NCBI GenBank assembly: GCA_040285855.1
Contig: JAUFOQ010000004.1
Span: 248,001-312,000, forward strand
Direction: 5' to 3'
DNA from: Eukaryota sp. GEM-RC1
Lineage: Eukaryota
Length of the DNA: 64,000 nt
Below, one piece after another: positions 60,750-64,000 of this stretch. The position numbers and the translations under genes were made by a program. Each line of letters opens with the position of its first letter. The stretch's first letter is position 1. The notes beneath the pieces were generated by a model that worked only from the letters and a program-made list of their open reading frames with translations, was not told the DNA's origin and ran no database searches.

Positions 60750-62263
60750 CAGTAAACGGTTTAATTAGTCTGATCCAGACTAATTTTCATAGTTGGTCTG
60801 ATGTTCGAAAAATATGTATTAGTCTGGACCAGACTAATTAAAATCCCGACTAATTTACATATATTTTTATTAGTCTGGACCAGACTAATATGTCATGATA
60901 TAAATTAGTCTGGATTTTGGTTTTGGAAAAGAACCATAGCAAACTCAAATTCTTCATCATTATGCATCTCTAACACAGGGATGGGAAAAAATATGTTTAT
61001 TTAAATAAATTATTGTTCACGACGAAAATAAATGTATTGTTATTGTTGTGGCCAACAATATATATATTGGTATTGTAAAATTTGGAAATATATAAATACT
61101 GTATATTTATTGGTAATATTTCTACGCACTCCGATGACTCATTTTTTTGTGGTCTATTCGCCATCATCCGTAAAATCTCCTTCATTGTCCAACAACCAAG
61201 TCAAGGGTTAGTATTAAAACTTTTGCGAACAGTATCTTCACCATAGATTAGAGTTATACATCAATAAAAGTTGTTTTTCCAGACTTGATGTATGTAGTCT
61301 TGTGCGAAGGCTTTCAGCAGTTACGTTAGCACGACTAAATAGTCCTTCGACTTGCTTGGATGGACCTGTTATGAATCTAAAATCAATGTAGCGAGATTTG
61401 GATTAATGAGAATCAGTGACATTTTCCAAACGCTCTGGTGTGTCCCACGCAAAAAGTTCTTCATCAGATGTTTCTCACTCTTACGGTCATCAGTTCTTGA
61501 TTGCCGTTTAGACTTTGTTGAACTACAGCAGTTTAAAAGCCAAACAGTCAACAATTGACGTAAACAAATAGTATACTCTTTTGTCTAAGTTGTTTTTCCT
61601 AAAGTGAAAGTTCTTCAGAAGACTACTGCCCCCACAAGACATCTTCTTACTCCCAAATGGAAGCAAAATTGCATATAACATGCAACAGATGGATGATTTC
61701 AGTGATAAAAATTATTGTCACAATAAACAATATTATTGCAATATTATTGTTTATTGCTGGTACTACAATAAATATATTGTTATTGTTTTGACCAACAATA
61801 CATTTATTGTGAATATTTATTGCAATAAATGAAATAACAATATATTTTTTCGCATCCCTGCTATAACATACTCGTCATCACTACCTTCATCACTTTTGGA
61901 CCAAGTATCAGGCTTTCTACCATTAAATTCTTCTTGATGGTTTGTAACGATTTCCCGTAGCTTAGGCTCTAACACGGTGAACGGCAGGCTCTTCATCAAG
62001 TTCAACCACGCCCTCTTCTTCATGAAACTAAGGCTGTTCCGATCGAATTCTGGCGAAACCATTTAAGATAAAGAACCATGTAATGGGCAATTTAAAGTCA
62101 ACTCAATAGTAGCGATCCGGCACCCATCTTCTACTGACCTTGTTGGAGATGTTGTTCAAAATCGAGACTCAATTTCGTATAATTGACCATTTTGTATTAT
62201 TGATATATATGAATTAGTCTGGACCAGACTAATTTAAATCCCGACTAACTAAACCGTTTACTG
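60750..62263. mobile_element. Tc1/mariner-pogo-type non-autonomous element
   Basis: TIRs CAGTAAACGGTTTAATTAGTC and GACTAACTAAACCGTTTACTG, flanked by TA on both sides. Palindromic subterminal repeats ATTAGTCTGGACCAGACTAAT. Confidence 0.88.
60976..61860. mobile_element. hAT MITE (CAGGGA family) nested in the TA-flanked element
   Basis: TIRs CAGGGATGGGAAAAAATAT and ATATTTTTTCGCATCCCTG. TSD CTCTAACA/CTATAACA (7 of 8 match). Confidence 0.88.
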
Positions 62264-62380
62264 TAGATTATTGTCGTGATGTTCATCCTACTTGAAGCAA
62301 GCTCAAACTCACGAAGAGTGAGTGAACCAAACACTACTACCGAATACATTACATTGTAATAGTAGAAATTGAGTTTCCAA

Positions 62381-64000
62381 TCAATAAAGTTTATTGTCGT
62401 CCACGAACATTTTTACAAATTTTAATTTTCTATTAGAAAAGAGTTGGGATACAACTCCCAATAATTCATCTGACGAACTCTTCATCTTAATTTTGGCAAC
62501 CACTTCATCACCTCCACCAACTTCACACCTAATCAGTATCCGACTGTCATCAATCAAATCAAAATCCCATCCAGCTCTAATCACGTTTCCACTTTCCGAT
62601 TTAAAACCCGGATCACATCCAAAGAGTCCACTCAGCGCATCAAGTCCAGCAGCAGCATTTGAATGGGGAAGTTTCAATGCTTCAGTTAGAGTTTCACGGC
62701 ACTCGGGATCTGTCCAAGAGACTGAAGGATCAACAAAGGAAGGAATGGCAAAATCAGAGATTTCAAATGAAACAAAGTCTAATTCGGCTTCTTCTTCCAT
62801 TATAGGCTCTTGGTACGACGATGGATCTTCTTCATCCGCATCAGCTAAACCGTAGTGTAGCATAGCTGAGAAACGAAGAGAGAGAACGTGTGGAAGGGAG
62901 GAGGTGTTGGCGGTGAATAGAGAGTAAGTTGAAACATCTGATTCACATGGAATGACGTCAGCAGAGGTGCTGATGATTTGATGGACTGTGAAATCATCAG
63001 TTTCAGGGGTAAAGATCACTTTAGGGGAAACAAAAACCTGTCCGCTTAAAATATGTGTGATTTTTGGAAATAAACAAAATATTTGAAAAATCTTGTGAGC
63101 AAAACTTGTCCACCGTCACCGTATACTCCATTCCGTCCTCACTAATTAAGCACGAACCCACTGCAATCATTTCTGATTGAATCAAATCCGTCACATCAGC
63201 AGGCAACAAACTCTTGTCCAAAACAGGAGCTTTACCTACCTGTTTCCTGAGCACGGGTCTTCCTTTAGGAGAAGGTGATGACACAGCTGAGACAGAAGAC
63301 AGAGCTTCATTCAACAATTCTTGTAGTGAAGATGAAGGTGTTTCACCTTGATTAACGAGTTCTCTACGACTTTTAAGTAATAAAGTTAGTTTGGACAGAG
63401 AAACGTGTTGGCCATTGATTTCAATGTTGTCGTCATCAATAAGTCTATTCTCAACTAAAAAGTCTTTTCCTTTCTGTTGTTCAATGTTTTGAGTGATAAA
63501 TATGGCCAATTCTCTAACTTCGTCTTCAGAATCAACTAAAGCCATTTTAAAAACTTTCAAAATTTCAGCATACAACACTCCAGACTGATCCTCTATTTCG
63601 ATAAACAATCTTCCAAGTGATCTAAGGGCTGCACATCTAACAACAGTGTTCTCCAATAGAATCCTGTTGATTAAAGACCTAACATATTTAAGAGAAGTGT
63701 CTTTGTTGACGTCAGCAACATCACAAAGGAGTTCAATAGAATCAACAGCAATCGAGGTATACTCACAATCCTCAATCAACTCACTCAGAAAATCAGCCAC
63801 TGCCAAATCACATCGATGAGTTTCCGCCACACTCTTCACCACATCAAATAAACAAGATTTCAATTTCTGCGTGCCTTCTTCTCTCAGCAAAGATCCCACA
63901 AAAGACAATACAGGCTCTGCCAGGTCAGCATTGCGTAGTGGCATCTTCTTAATAGCCTCTAATACCTTAATTCTAAGGGAATCAGATCCAAGAGATCTAA
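62381..64000 (-). CDS. COPG: Coatomer gamma subunit, 5'-partial (frameshift or intron near 63020-63060)
   Basis: FLSELIEDCEY, YVRSLINRILLENTVVRCAA, DSEDEVRE, EYTVTVDK and an appendage-like C-terminus. Confidence 0.82.

Noticed and set aside
473..62855. Numerous 60-150 aa ORFs antisense to or overlapping the called genes, or inside MITEs
   Set aside because: These are shadow frames of real genes or AT-rich repeat sequence, with no independent evidence.
5942..64000. Programmed frameshifting or mass pseudogenisation of DTD, aminopeptidase P, ALG1, importin-5, the channel and COPG
   Set aside because: Breaks hit essential genes with intact motifs and often fall near homopolymer runs. Uncorrected long-read indels are the simpler explanation.

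Overview
This is a gene-dense, AT-rich eukaryotic (protist-like) window. Housekeeping genes carry very short (27-31 nt) spliceosomal introns, and many are split by single-base frameshifts that look like long-read assembly errors. Recognisable genes: a subtilase/CUB/EGF membrane protease, a CELF-like RRM protein, DTD, aminopeptidase P, Exo1, a prokaryote-like alpha/beta hydrolase, ALG1, three near-identical cathepsin B copies, an LRR protein, pICln, a WD40 protein, importin-5, an SPFH protein, MVD, a DHHC acyltransferase, a four-domain cation channel and gamma-COP. There are many nested non-autonomous hAT elements with 8-bp target-site duplications, one TA-flanked Tc1/pogo-type MITE and non-LTR retroelement remnants. 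The standout is an accessory island at about 40.7-56.5 kb. It holds a 35-unit 15-bp variant array, a very large DEAH helicase and two divergently oriented Ulp1/SENP-type proteases. One protease begins right after a 2A-like ribosome-skipping motif (DIESNPGP), is followed by a degenerate PolB-exonuclease-like region, and appears to run into a Fanzor1 (TnpB-derived RuvC) nuclease with a C-terminal CCHC knuckle. Directly downstream is a strongly structured candidate omega-RNA. All calls come from reading motifs by eye; no searches were run.
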